Of a stretch of DNA of 64,000 nt, positions 12,831-27,021 are shown piece after piece. Source of the stretch: Eledone cirrhosa (taxonomy: Eukaryota); assembly GCA_964016885.1 (NCBI GenBank), contig OZ024740.1, positions 216,008,001-216,072,000 on the forward strand, given 5' to 3'. The position numbers were made by a program, and so were the translations under genes. The notes beneath the pieces are model-generated. The model worked only from the letters and a program-made list of their open reading frames with translations, had not been told where the DNA came from and searched no databases. The stretch's first letter is position 1. Each line of letters starts with the position of its first letter.

Positions 12831-13177
12831 AAAGTTTGAAAGCCAAGACAATGCAGGTTTGGACGGAGAATAATTAAATTGTAAGAAACAAGGCTTGTTT
12901 TTTTTTACCTTAATCTTGAAATATCTGGACCTATGAATAAATTAATATCTCTTCTTCCAAGAAAAATAAAGGAACTATTCAAGTGTCCAATGTGGCTTAG
13001 CATGGTATAGCAAGCCATATCGGACACTGGAATAGTTCTTTTATTTTCCTTGGAAGAAGATATTAATCTCGAAATATCAGGGCCTATGAATAAATTAAGG
13101 TAAAAAAAACAAGCCTTGTTTCTTACGATTTAATTATTCTCCGTCTAAACTTGCATTGTCTTGGCTTTCAAAGTTCA
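12831..13177. repeat. ~345-bp palindromic fold-back element
   Basis: Near-perfect arms centred near 13003 (GGCTTAGC..GCAAGCC), with one internal non-inverted segment. Confidence 0.85.
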
Positions 13178-13194
13178 AATTCTCTCTCTCTCAT

Positions 13195-13498
13195 CATCAC
13201 CATTTTACGTCCATTCTTCCATGCTAGCATGGGTTAGATGAGTTGTCCTGTTGTGGGCAGTAGCCGGTCGGCTGACCATGCCTTGCTCATACGGGAACTG
13301 ATTCTGGTTTGATTTCTACAGCTGGACGCCCTTCCTAACACCCAGTGCTGGGTGCTATTTTTTCCGTGGCGCCTACACGTCCACTTTACAGTGTGGGCTG
13401 GGTGATTGTTGCCGTGGCACCTCCACGACCACTTTGCAGTGGGAGGGTGTGGGGGCATATTGTCTATCTGCTTCAGCTTCGGCTTGTACCCGTGAGGG

Positions 13499-13500
<2 letters not shown>
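13195..13500 (-). mobile_element. SINE 3' half/tail
   Basis: TTTTACGTCCATTCTTCCATGCTAGCATGGG..TTTCTACAGCTGGACGCCCTTCCTAACACC. Confidence 0.6.
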
Positions 13501-13537
<37 letters not shown>

Positions 13538-13747
13538 TATATACATACACATACATATATATCATCATAATCATTTAGTGAAATTTTCCTGCTAGCTAGA
13601 ATTGGACATGTTCTTATAATAATAATGATATTGTAGTAATAATGATGATACTGGTGTAATAATGATGATATTGTAGTAATAATGAAATTGGTGTAATAAT
13701 GATGATATTGTTGTAACGTTATTATTGTAGTAATGATGACAATATTC

Positions 13748-14510
13748 ATCATCATCATCATTTTACGTCCGCTTTTCCCTGCCTGCAAGGGTGGGATGGG
13801 TCCTATTCAGCACAGCATCTCTCCACCCATCACGGACCTTTGTCATCCGTGAGCTTCAGTGATCTGAGGTCCGCTCTCATCACCTCCGCCCATGTTTTTC
13901 GTGGTCTACCTCTACTGCGTCTTCCTTCTACTGGCATTTCTTGGCACTTCTTTACCCGTCGGTCATCCTCCATGCACATCACATGTCCATACCATCGCAG
14001 TCTTCTCTCCCGCACAATACAACTTATCCCTCTTATACAGTTTCTCTCCGAATTCATCCATGCTCGGCCGTTCACGTACATTGATATTACACATCCAATG
14101 GAGCATGCTTGCTTCATTTCTCACCAGCCATTGCATATCCTCTGCAGTTGCTGCCCATGTCTCACTACCATGTAGCATCGTGCATCTCACACAGGCATCA
14201 TATAACCGTCCTTTCGTACGCAGGGAGAAACCCTTCTTCATCAGCAGAGAAAGCAGCTCCCTATACTTCTTCCAACCCATCCTTATTCTAGATACTATGG
14301 CCTAGGAACACCCCCTCCCCCTCCTATGCTAATCTGACCACCTAGGACAGCTATCAAACACTTCTATAGAACCTAACTGCATTTGAAAAATGTGTCTATC
14401 AATGTGACTTCTACTGACAAATTTCCCTGCACATCTACTGCATATGTAGTTTTCCCTACCTGTTAGTTTGCCTGCTATCCCACTACATCTCTTGTGTACC
14501 CAAGATCTGC
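13748..14510 (-). mobile_element. RTE-clade LINE 3' fragment
   Basis: GWKKYRELL..FSLRTKGRLYDACVRCTMLHGSETWA..RNEASMLHWM; RRLRWYGHVM..GRPRKTW; (GAT)n tail. Confidence 0.9.
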
Positions 14511-14560
14511 ATTTCGTACATTTTATATATATTATAGTAATAATTATGATATTGTAGTAA

Positions 14561-14744
14561 TAATTGTTTCTACTTTAGGCACAAGGCCAGCAATTACCCA
14601 GTGCATTACTGATACTTTATTTTATAGACCCCGTAAGGATGAAAGGCAAATTCAACCTCGGCGGGATTTGAACTCAGATCGTAAAGGGACGTAACTATGC
14701 CAGAAAGCATGGCGTCCGACCCTCTACCGATACTGCCAATCCAC
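14561..14744 (-). mobile_element. Meta-like tRNA SINE
   Basis: A/B boxes and core as at 2667. Confidence 0.85.
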
Positions 14745-17700
14745 AGTAATGATGATATTGTAGTAATACTGATGATATTGTAGTAATACTGATGATATTG
14801 TAGTAATAATGATGATATTGTAGTAATAATGATGATATTGTAGTAATACTGATGATATTGTAGTAATACTGATGATATTGTAGTAATACTGATGATATTG
14901 TAGTAATAATGATGATATTGTAGTAACAATGATGATATTGTAGTAATACTGATGATATTGTAGTAATACTGATGATATTGTAGTAATACTGATGATATTG
15001 TAGTAATAATGATGATATTGTAGTAATACTGATGATATTGTAGTAATACTGATGATATTGTAGTAATACTGATGATATTGTAGTAATAATGATGATATTG
15101 TAGTAATAATGATGATATTGTAGTAATAATGATGATATTGTAGTAATACTGATGATATTGTAGTAATAATGATGATATTGTAGTAATACTGATGATATTG
15201 TAGTAATACTGATGATATTGTAGTAATACTGATGATATTGTAGTAATACTGATGATATTGTAGTAATACTGATGATATTGTAGTAATACTGATGATATTG
15301 TAGTAATACTGATGATATTGTAGTAATACTGATGATATTGTAGTAATAATGATGATATTGTAGTAATACTGATGATATTGTAGTAATAATGATGATATTG
15401 TAGTAATACTGATGATATTGTAGTAATACTGATGATATTGTAGTAATACTGATGATATTGTAGTAATACTGATGATATTGTAGTAATACTGATGATATTG
15501 TAGTAATACTGATGATATTGTAGTAATACTGATGATATTGTAGTAATAATGATGATATTATAGTAATACTGATGATATTGTAGTAATACTGATGATATTG
15601 TAGTAATACTGATGATATTGTAGTAATACTGATGATATTGTAGTAATAATGATGATATTGTAGTAATAATGATGATATTGTAGTAATACTGATGATATTG
15701 TAGTAATAATGATGATATTGTAGTAATACTGATGATATTGTAGTAATACTGATGATATTGTAGTAATACTGATGATATTGTAGTAATACTGATGATATTG
15801 TAGTAATACTGATGATATTGTAGTAATAATGATGATATTGTAGTAATACTGATATTGTAGTAACAATGATGATATTGTAGTAATACTGATGATATTGTAG
15901 TAATACTGATGATATTGTAGTAATAATGATGATATTGTAGTAATACTGATATTGTAGTAACAATGATGATATTGTAGTAATACTGATGATATTGTAGTAA
16001 TACTGATATTGTAGTAACAATGATGATATTGTAGTAATACTGATGATATTGTAGTAATACTGATATTGTAGTAACAATGATGATATTGTAGTAATACTGA
16101 TGATATTGTAGTAATACTGATGATATTGTAGTAATAATGATGATATTGTAGTAATACTGATGATATTGTAGTAATACTGATATTGTAGCAACAATGATGA
16201 TATTGTAGTAATACTGATGATATTGTAGTAATACTGATATTGTAGTAACAATGATGATATTGTAGTAATACTGATGATATTGTAGTAATACTGATGATAT
16301 TGTAGTAATAATGATGATATTGTAGTAATACTGATGATATTGTAGTAATACTGATATTGTAGTAACAATGATGATATTGTAGTAATACTGATGATATTGT
16401 AGTAATACTGATATTGTAGTAACAATGATGATATTGTAGTAATACTGATGATATTGTAGTAATACTGATGATATTGTAGTAATAATGATGATATTGTAGT
16501 AATACTGATGATATTGTAGTAATACTGATATTGTAGTAACAATGATGATATTGTAGTAATACTGATGATATTGTAGTAATACTGATATTGTAGTAACAAT
16601 GATGATATTGTAGTAATACTGATGATATTGTAGTAATAATGATGATATTGTAGTAATACTGATGATATTGTAGTAATAATGATGATATTATAGTAATACT
16701 GATGATATTGTAGTAATACTGATGATATTGTAGTAATACTGATGATATTGTAGTAATACTGATGATATTGTAGTAACAATGATGATATTGTAGTAATACT
16801 GATATTGTAGTAACAATGATGATATTGTAGTAATACTGATGATATTGTAGTAATACTGATGATATTGTAGTAATAATGATGATATTGTAGTAATACTGAT
16901 GATATTGTAGTAATACTGATGATATTGTAGTAACAATGATGATATTGTAGTAATACTGATATTGTAGTAATAATGATGATATTGTAGTAATAATGATGAT
17001 ATTGTAGTAATACTGATGATATTGTAGTAATACTGATGATATTGTAGTAACAATGATGATATTGTAGTAATACTGATATTGTAGTAACAATGATGATATT
17101 GTAGTAATACTGATGATATTGTAGTAATACTGATGATATTGTAGTAATAATGATGATATTGTAGTAATACTGATGATATTGTAGTAATACTGATGATATT
17201 GTAGTAACAATGATGATATTGTAGTAATACTGATGATATTGTAGTAATACTGATGATATTGTAGTAATAATGATGATATTGTAGTAATACTGATGATATT
17301 GTAGTAATACTGATGATATTGCAGTAACAATGATGATATTGTAGTAATACTGATATTGTAGTAACAATGATGATATTGTAGTAATAATGATGATATTGGT
17401 ATAATGATAATGATATTGTAATAATACTGATGATATTGTAGTAATAATTGTTTCTACTTTAGGTACAAGACCAGCAATTACCCAGTTCATCACTGGTACT
17501 TTATTTTATCGACCCCGTAAGTATGAAAGGCAAAGTCAACCTCGGCGGGATTTGAACTCAGATCGTAAAGGGACGTATCTATGCTGGAAAGCATGGCGTC
17601 CAACCCTCTACCGATACTGCCAATCCACTGCCATATTGTAGTAATAATGATATTGTAGTAATACTGATGATATTGTAGTAATACTGATGATATTGTAGTA

Positions 17701-20280
17701 ACAATGATGATATTGTAGTAATAATGATGATATTGTAGTAATACTGATGATATTATAGTAATACTGATGATATTGTAGTAATAATGATGATATTGTAGTA
17801 ATACTGATGATATTGTAGTAATAATGATGATATTGTAGTAATAATGATGATATTGTAGTAATAATGATGATATTGTAGTAATACTGATGATATTGTAGTA
17901 ATAATGATGATATTGTAGTAATACTGATGATATTGTAGTAATACTGATGATATTGTAGTAATACTGATGATATTGTAGTAATAATGATGATATTGTAGTA
18001 ATAATGATGATATTGTAGTAATACTGATGACATTGTAGTAATACTGATGATATTGTAGTAATAATGATGATATTGTAGTAATAATGATGATATTGTAGTA
18101 ATAATGATGATATTGTAGTAATACTGATGATATTGTAGTAATACTGATGATATTGTAGTAATACTGATGATATTGTAGTAATACTGATGATATTGTAGTA
18201 ATAATGATATTGTAGTAATACTGATGATATTGTAGTAATAATGATGATATTGTAGTAATACTGATGATATTGTAGTAATACTGATGATATTGTAGTAATA
18301 CTGATGATATTGTAGTAATACTGATGATATTGTAGTAATACTGATGATATTGTAGTAATACTGATGATATTGTAGTAATACTGATGATATTGTAGTAATA
18401 CTGATGATATTGTAGTAATACTGATGATATTGTAGTAATACTGATGATATTGTAGTAATACTGATGATATTGTAGTAATACTGATGATATTGTAGTAATA
18501 ATGATGATATTGTAGTAATACTGATGATATTGTAGTAATACTGATGATATTGTAGTAATAATGATGATATTGTAGTAATACTGATGATATTGTAGTAATA
18601 ATGATGATATTGTAGTAATACTGATGATATTGTAGTAATAATGATGATATTGTAGTAATACTGATGATATTGTAGTAATACTGATGATATTGTAGTAATA
18701 CTGATGATATTGTAGTAATAATGATGATATTGTAGTAATACTGATGATATTGTAGTAATACTGATGATATTGTAGTAATACTGATGATATTGTAGTAATA
18801 CTGATGATATTGTAGTAATACTGATGATATTCTAGTAATACTGATGATATTGTAGTAATAATGATGATATTGTAGTAATACTGATGATATTGTAGTAATA
18901 ATGATGATATTGTAGTAATACTGATGATATTGTAGTAATAATGATGATATTGTAGTAATACTGATGATATTGTAGTAATAATGATGATATTGTAGTAATA
19001 CTGATGATATTGTAGTAATACTGATGATATTGTAGTAATACTGATGATATTGTAGTAATAATGATGATATTGTAGTAATACTGATGATATTGTAGTAATA
19101 CTGATGATATTGTAGTAATACTGATGATATTGTAGTAATACTGATGATATTGTAGTAATACTGATGATATTCTAGTAATACTGATGATATTGTAGTAATA
19201 ATGATGATATTGTAGTAATACTGATGATATTGTAGTAATAATGATGATATTGTAGTAATACTGATGATATTGTAGTAATACTGATGATATTGTAGTAACT
19301 GATGATATTGTAGTAATACTGATGATATTGTAGTAATAATGATGATATTGTAGTAATACTGATGATATTGTAGTAATACTGATGATATTGTAGTAATACT
19401 GATGATATTGTAGTAATACTGATGATATTGTAGTAATACTGATGATATTGTAGTAATACTGATGATATTGTAGTAATACTGATGATATTGTAGTAATAAT
19501 GATGATATTGTAGTAATACTGATGATATTGTAGTAATAATGATGATATTGTAGTAATACTGATGATATTGTAGTAATACTGATGATATTGTAGTAATACT
19601 GATGATATTGTAGTAATACTGATGATATTGTAGTAATAATGATGATATTGTAGTAATACTGATGATATTGTAGTAATACTGATGATATTGTAGTAATACT
19701 GATGATATTGTAGTAATACTGATGATATTGTAGTAATACTGATGATATTGTAGTAATAATGATGATATTGTAGTAATACTGATGATATTGTAGTAATACT
19801 GATGATATTGTAGTAATACTGATGATATTGTAGTAATACTGATGATATTGTAGTAATACTGATGATATTGTAGTAATACTGATGATATTGTAGTAATACT
19901 GATGATATTGTAGTAATACTGATGATATTGTAGTAATACTGATGATATTGTAGTAATAATGATGATATTGTAGTAATACTGATGATATTGTAGTAATACT
20001 GATGATATTGTAGTAATACTGATGATATTGTAGTAATACTGATGATATTGTAGTAATACTGATGATATTGTAGTAATACTGATGATATTGTAGTAATACT
20101 GATGATATTGTAGTAATACTGATGATATTGTAGTAATAATGATGATATTGTAGTAATACTGATGATATTGTAGTAATACTGATGATATTGTAGTAATACT
20201 GATGATATTGTAGTAATAATGATGATATTGTAGTAATACTGATGATATTGTAGTAATACTGATGATATTGTAGTAATAAT
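14745..20280. repeat. 20-bp minisatellite (17-bp variants), two ~2.7-kb blocks split by a SINE
   Basis: Unit GATGATATTGTAGTAATA(CT/AT). Confidence 0.97.
17445..17632 (-). mobile_element. Meta-like tRNA SINE inside the satellite
   Basis: Full copy with A/B boxes and core. Confidence 0.85.
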
Positions 20281-20567
20281 TGTTTCTACTTTAGGCACAA
20301 GGCTAGCAATTACTCACTACATTACTGGTACTTTATTTTTTATTGTTGTAATAATGATGATATTGGTACAATGATAATGATATTGTAATAATTGTTTCTA
20401 CTTTTTGGCAGAAGGCCAGCAATTACCTCAGTACATTACTGGTACTTTATTTTATCGACCCCGAAAGGATGAAAGGCAAAGTTAACCTTGGTAGGATTTG
20501 AACTCGAACCGTAAAGGGACGTAACTCTATGCTGCAAAGCATGACATCTTACCCTCTACCGATATTG
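20277..20567 (-). mobile_element. partial plus near-full Meta-like SINE copies
   Basis: Two SINE 3' ends (TAATTGTTTCTACTTT) at 20277 and about 20388. Confidence 0.8.
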
Positions 20568-20659
20568 TAATAATATTGATGTAACAATGATGTTGGTGTT
20601 GTTATAAATATTGTTTTTTAACATCTGCCGAAAAAAAGTCCAGCATGGAAATGTGGACA

Positions 20660-20972
20660 TGATGATGATGGTGGTGATGGTGATGATAGTGGTGTTGGTG
20701 GTAGTGATGGTGGTGGTGATGGTGGTGGTAGTGATGGTGGTGGTGATGGTGGTGGTAATGATGATGATGGTGGTGGTGGTAATGGTGGTGGCATTGGTGG
20801 TGGTGATGATGATGGTGGTGATGATGATGGTGGTGATGATGATGGTGATGATGATGATGATGATGGTGGTGATGATGACTGTTGATGATGATGGTGATGA
20901 TGATGGTGATGATGATGGTGATGATGATGATGGTGATGTTGGTGGTGATGTTGGTGATGATGATGATGATGA
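20660..20972. repeat. (GAT/GGT)n trinucleotide tract
   Basis: Direct inspection. Confidence 0.9.
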
Positions 20973-22939
20973 AGTGACATAAATAGTTAATCATAACATT
21001 TATTTTTACTGTTTTTTCAGCATTTTTCAGATGACATGAAATTAAGTAATTTCAAAGATGTATAATAAAATATATTTTAATATATTTTATTGAAAAACTA
21101 TATTGATTACTATATTGGTGAGGCTTATTTCCATGTTGAACAGAAAAAAGAAAATAATTTGAAATATATTTTTATTGAGAAAACAACTTTGATAAATATA
21201 TAATTTATAACACACACATACAGATACATACATAGATACATACATACTAATACATATACACTCACACATTACAAACATACATATTAAATTAGATGCTGAA
21301 TTGATATTACTTTATTGTTAAGGTGTGTTTTTCTTAAATATATATATATATATATGGAACACCACACACATATATATATATATATATATATGGAACATAA
21401 ATATATATAAATGGAAGACGAACTACATTTTCTATAGTTAATTACAATTGTTTCAATGGTGGCCAGTTGTGATATTGGATGAATACTTGTCTTTTCAAAA
21501 AATGCTAATCACAAATGCTAATCACAAATGCTAATCACAAATGCAGTCAACATTATAACTTTAATTTGTGGAAAACATTTTGTTTACTTATTCAAGGACT
21601 TGAAAACCTTTCTAGTACTGATGTCATGATAAGATGCACCCTGTACACTCTGTGAATTGTTTGAGTATCAAATGGAGATAATATAGAATAAAGAGGACCC
21701 TTTGGTCTTGTTGACAACATGACAGTCTCTCTAGTGTTGGTGCCATTATAAAACATACTCAGTACACCCTATAAAGTGGTAATGTTGATACCATGAAAAA
21801 TATTCCTAGTACATCGTATAAAATGGCAATGCTGGTGCCATGAAAAATGTTCCCTGGGGAGCCCTGGCTCGAGACAGACTTTAGACTTCAATGACAGGGA
21901 ACTATATCAAAGACAACAATAAGGAGATATATCAACAACATTTAGTCATTTTGTTACCATAATTTTAATGAAATACACTGCCAAATGTGTTTCAATTAAT
22001 TTTGAAAATCAACAATTCATAAGAATTCAGTTAAATAACAAAGATTTTCATTAGTAAACTGAGGTTTCGGGCATTATTTAATAAATGTTCTTATATAAAA
22101 TTATGTTAGGAAGGTTCTAAGTATGAATGAATACTTTAAAATGGGCAGTTTTAATGGAACCATAAGTAGATTAAGGCAGGTTGGATCAAAAGGGTTAATA
22201 TGGTAAACCCATCTTCTCAATAATGGAATAGAATATGAAGAGGTGATTCCCTAAATCAAAGTGTTGGAACTGGAGGACAGAATAAGTGGAGAAACTGAAG
22301 AAACATCTGATGGGGAACTAATTACAATGCTGTAACAAAGTTCTGGGAAGAAGGGAAATGAGAATGGTCTGGTGGATGAAGAGAGTATCATTGAGAGAGA
22401 GAAAGACCAACAATAAATAGCTGAGGATGGTGTGAATAGAGGCAATGGTGAATATTAGGAAGAGAAATGGAATGAGATGGTTTGGGCATGTGTTAAGGAA
22501 GGATTGAAAATGGCTGGGTGAGAGGAGTGATGGAAATGAATGTGGAAGGAAGTAGAGGAAATAAAAAGCAAAGAAAGACATAGGTACAGATAATAGAGGA
22601 GAAAATGAAAGCCAAAGGGCTGATGAAGGTATATAGAGAGGATAGAGTAATGGGGTTCTGCATGGCTAAGTTTTGCTTTAGGAGGGAAAAATGGTCTTAA
22701 AATGTTTGTTATAACAATTATACACTGCAAATAAAAATGAATTTAAAAAAAAAAAACAAGTAAAAAAGAGAGGAAAAGAAAAATGCAAACTCTACACCCT
22801 TATTTGAAGATTATATATCAACTACACCCTGAGGACAAGATGGCAATGAAGAACAACCAGTTATATCTACTGTTGATGATGAAAATAATATTAACAGATT
22901 AGTTACCTGACCATATGTTATAGAATAGAAATATGTAAT

Positions 22940-23290
22940 AATGGTTTCAATTTTTGGTGGAGGGGAAAGTCGATCAAATTGACTCTAGGACGTTACTGGT
23001 ACTTTATTTTATTGACCCTTTAAGGAAGAAAGGCAAAGCTAACTTTGGCAAGATTTGAACTCAGGACATAAAGGGTCATAACTAAATGCTACAATGCATT
23101 TAGTTACAAATAATAGATAATTGTTTCTGATTTAGGCACAAGGCCAACAATTTTAGGGGAAGGGAAAGTGGATTAAATCAACACCAGTGCATTACTGGTA
23201 CTTTATTTTATTAAACCCCTGTAAGCATGAAAGGCAAAGCTAACCATGGCAGGATTTGAACTCAGAACATAAAGGGACGTAGCTATATGT
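22940..23290 (-). mobile_element. two older tandem Meta-like SINE copies
   Basis: TTACTGGTACTTTATTTTATT..GAAAGGCAAAGCTAAC..GATTTGAACTCAG twice. Confidence 0.7.
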
Positions 23291-24873
23291 TACTTAGTTA
23301 CGAATAACAGATAATAATAATTGATAATGAATAATAATGTATTTTGATTAAGAAGTGATAGAACAGATGAAATGGAAGCCAGTATATGACTGATATGACC
23401 ACGACACTAGAGTAATAATAGGATCACTGTTGAAGAATGACATTAGAACAATTAGGTACATAGCAGACTGTGTAGTAGAGACATATCTAGCCAGCAGCTG
23501 TTTCTCACAAACTGCCCCTCTTTAATAATATATACTCTTACTTTACACACTGAGTAATTCTATAGCTATCTGCTGTTTCAGACAATATCTCACTTATTGT
23601 GTAAATATAAATAATATCAGATAGGTAGACTAATCAATATGTAACCAGTCTAGTTAGAAGTCATTTCACAAATGTAGACATTTATTTTCATAAATATCCT
23701 CATATAATGTCTTCAAATAAATGTGTATATGCGTTTACCACACACACATATACACGTCTTTAGAAGCATTAATACACGTCACCACCATCATCATTATCAC
23801 CACAATAATTATTTTACATACACTTTTCCAAGCTGGCATGGTTTGGATGGATTGTTACAAACCAAGTCAATAGTTAATGCAAAATTATGATAATGTCCTT
23901 CTAGGCAGGTCAGAAGACAATATCTCACTCAATACATTCCTCTTTTGGTATGGTTTCTATGGCTGGATGCCTTCCCTAAGGTTTACAGCTTTACAGAGTA
24001 TACTGGGTGCATTTTATTGTGGCCTTAGCAACAGAGAGGTAGGTTATTTTGTCCTTGATGTAACCGAAGAATCCTTTCTATTTCTTTTCTTTTTTTTTTG
24101 CATGGTTTCTATGGCTAGATGCCCTTCCTATGACAACCATGTTACAGAGTGTACACATATTTATTTGGAATTATACAGTTACACATAGTCATGTAAATCC
24201 CCTTCTCCATTTTCCAATTAACCATATATACACCACCACCATTTATGTCTACTCCTCTGATCATATTCAGTTCACTTGTACCTCACCTTCCATGTAGATT
24301 ATTAGACATATCTAGTGGATTGAAGCTTTCCACATCTCTCTTATTATCGTTTTTATGCCAACTTTTCCATGCTTAGATGGATTAGATGAATCCTCTCCAC
24401 TTGTTTCTTTTTCTTCTCATCTCATTTGTGATGTTCAGTTTTCTGAGATCAGCTTTCACCTCCTCTACTCAAATATTTCTTGTCTTTCTAGCCTCACTAT
24501 ATCTTCTACATTCAATGTCTAAAACTCTCTACCACTCTATACCACAAATTTAATGCCCACATCTCAATACAGTATAAGACATTTAGACCACTGTCTAAAA
24601 TGATTTACAGTATATACTCAAATATAAGCTGAGGAATATGTGACAAAAAAAAAAAAAAAAAATCAATGGTAAAATGGAAGGGTGGCTTATATTCGGGGTC
24701 AATATTTTGACAATTTTCACCAATTCTGCGTAAATAAGGTGCTAAAAATATCTGAGGTAAGTATTTCATGATGAAATACTGTTTTTCTACATTTATTGCA
24801 TCATTGTTGGTGTTATTTATGCATTCCCTTGAAAATATTTCCAACAAACTTTTATAATTTGAACTTTTTAATA

Positions 24874-25441
24874 TTAGATTGGCCAAAAATTTTGTTCAGT
24901 TTTTTAAGCAAAAATGAGACACAAGTTTTAAACTCACAGTAATTTAGTCAATCAATGATATAATTATAGTTTCATTCCAACATCTTCTGCTAACTTGTGG
25001 ACAGATCCATTATTCCTTGTTCAAAGTATTTCCTGTCTTCCAGGTGAATTTTTACATCCTTTTCAAAGTTGAAAATCTATCCATTCAATGAATTTTGAAG
25101 AGCCCAAAACAGGTGAAAATCTGAAGATGCAAGGTTGGGCGAACATGCAGGGTGCAGCAAAACTTCCTAGTCAAGCCACAGTAACTTCTGCAATGTTTGC
25201 AAAGAAGTGTGTGATGAGAGGCAATGACCTTATGATTAATAAAAAATATTGGATCTTTCTGGTGAATCACTGTATTTAATTTGTCCAGCTGGTCACAGTA
25301 CACATCTGAATTGATGGTCCTCTCCATGGGAAGAAGTTTGTAAAAGACAACACCCATCCAATCCCACCAAATTGAAAATATAATCTTCTTCAGATGAAGA
25401 TATTGGTCAGTCTGAGGTTTTGGTTGATGAGATTTGTCCAA
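24874..25441 (-). mobile_element. mariner transposon 3' half with decayed transposase
   Basis: KKIIFSIWWDWMGVVFYKLLP..TINSDVYCDQL; HPACSPNLASSDFHLF (YSPDLAPSD-like); TA+TTAGATTGGCCAAAA TIR. Confidence 0.9.
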
Positions 25442-26204
25442 GGTGCAGTACAGAGAGATTGAACTTAAAAACCATATTGCTTAACCTCACAACCATGCCT
25501 GCACACATGTAGGTTAAATCCTCCCACACAGCTCCACCCCATTATTCAAAGGAGTGATTAATCTGTCTGTATGTGTATGACAACAAAGATAGCGTGACAT
25601 AGTTTCAACTAGATCCTTCATACTAGACATGTGGCTGTTCAGTTTGAGAGATGTCTTCATCATCATCATCATCATCTATCATCCTCAATCATCATCATCA
25701 TCATCTTCTATCTTCACTTTATTTATAACGTTCTTTTTCAAACGATGACTATGGAACAATTAATTTATTGATTATTTCTGTTCAGTTCCAGCTTTATTCA
25801 TGTTTGCCCCATCCATTACCATATTTACATATATTTGGTTTAGAATATCTAAACCAGATACCTGTAGAATATGTACACCATACATCTGTGTGATGTAAAA
25901 GGTGGCTAAAATGTTGACACCAGGAATAGCATTTGGTTGTAAAACATTGCAACAAAAAGGACCCTAATGATGTGTATGAAGCCTGCTATGGGGCCTGTAA
26001 GCTATCACCTATTTTACTTATGAAAATTACCTTAAAACACTCATTGGTGTTGTTTCATTGCTATATTTCTGGAGAAATACACAATTCATATTGTTATATT
26101 TGGGGAGAGTCATGTTGTCCTAATATTGCCAAAAAATAGCAAAACACACTCACTGTTTGGTTTGGTTTTCAATTAGATATATATTAAAGTTCTATCGACA
26201 AGAT

Positions 26205-26400
26205 CCCAGACCTCATTCACATCAGATCAGACCAAGGAAGCAATGTTTCCATTGATCTTTCCAATTGCTGGAAGATCAAAGAGTAACGTGAAATAAAGTG
26301 TCTTGCTCAAGGACATAACACATCACCCTGTTCAGGAATCAAACTCGCAACCTCACGATTGTGAATCCAATTCCCTAACCACTAATCCATGCATCTTCAC
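26205..26400 (-). mobile_element. CORE-type SINE (tail shared with about 35500-35740)
   Basis: GAAATAAAGTGTCTTGCTCAAGGACATAACA; CAAGATCCCAGAC..GACCAAGGAA..TCTTTCCAATTGCTG present in both copies. Confidence 0.7.
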
Positions 26401-26464
26401 CAATATATATTAAATAAACACAAAACAAGTAGAAATACTGCCCAGTCCATTATTTTTGGTTGTA

Positions 26465-26945
26465 GTTTTTCAGTAATCAGAAGAAGGGAGGTAGGCGTAA
26501 AAACCAAATTTGCTGTATTCAATTTGGTTTTCGTGCCAACCCTTACCTATGGTCATGAACCTTGGGTAGTAACCAAAAGAATCCGATCGCGAATACAAGC
26601 GGCCGAAATGGGAATCTTCCGAAGTGTGTTCAAGGTAGCTCGGAGATCAGAGAGTCACTCCAGGTAGAGCTGCTACTCTCCGAATTGAGAGATCAAAGAT
26701 CCGATACTATGGGCATGTGGTTAGAATGTCTCAGGAAAGAATCACTGGACAGATTTTACGGGTGAAACCAACTGGTAGGAGACCTAAGGGTAGACCACAA
26801 GCAAGATGAGCTTGGCTGGTGCTGCTTGGAGATCCAGTCGGATCAGTTGGAGAGAGATGTTTCTGACAGGACCTGCTGGAGGGAGTGTTTAAGGACTCTT
26901 CCCCTATAACCCTCTCAAGGAGGAGGAGGTGGAGGAGGAGAAGAA
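26465..26945 (+). mobile_element. RTE-clade LINE 3' fragment (second family)
   Basis: KTKFAVFNLVFVPTLTYGHEPW..RSRIQAAEMG..; YYGHVVRM; GRRPKGRP; (GAG)n tail. Confidence 0.8.
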
Positions 26946-27021
26946 GATATACACATTTGGATTAACAGAGATAAGATTGTATGATATTCATAGCTTTTTC
27001 AAAGGTATTATCAATCTAGTT

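Noticed and set aside
14695-20298. 488-932 aa ORFs
   Set aside because: Translations of a 20-bp satellite that lacks stops on one strand
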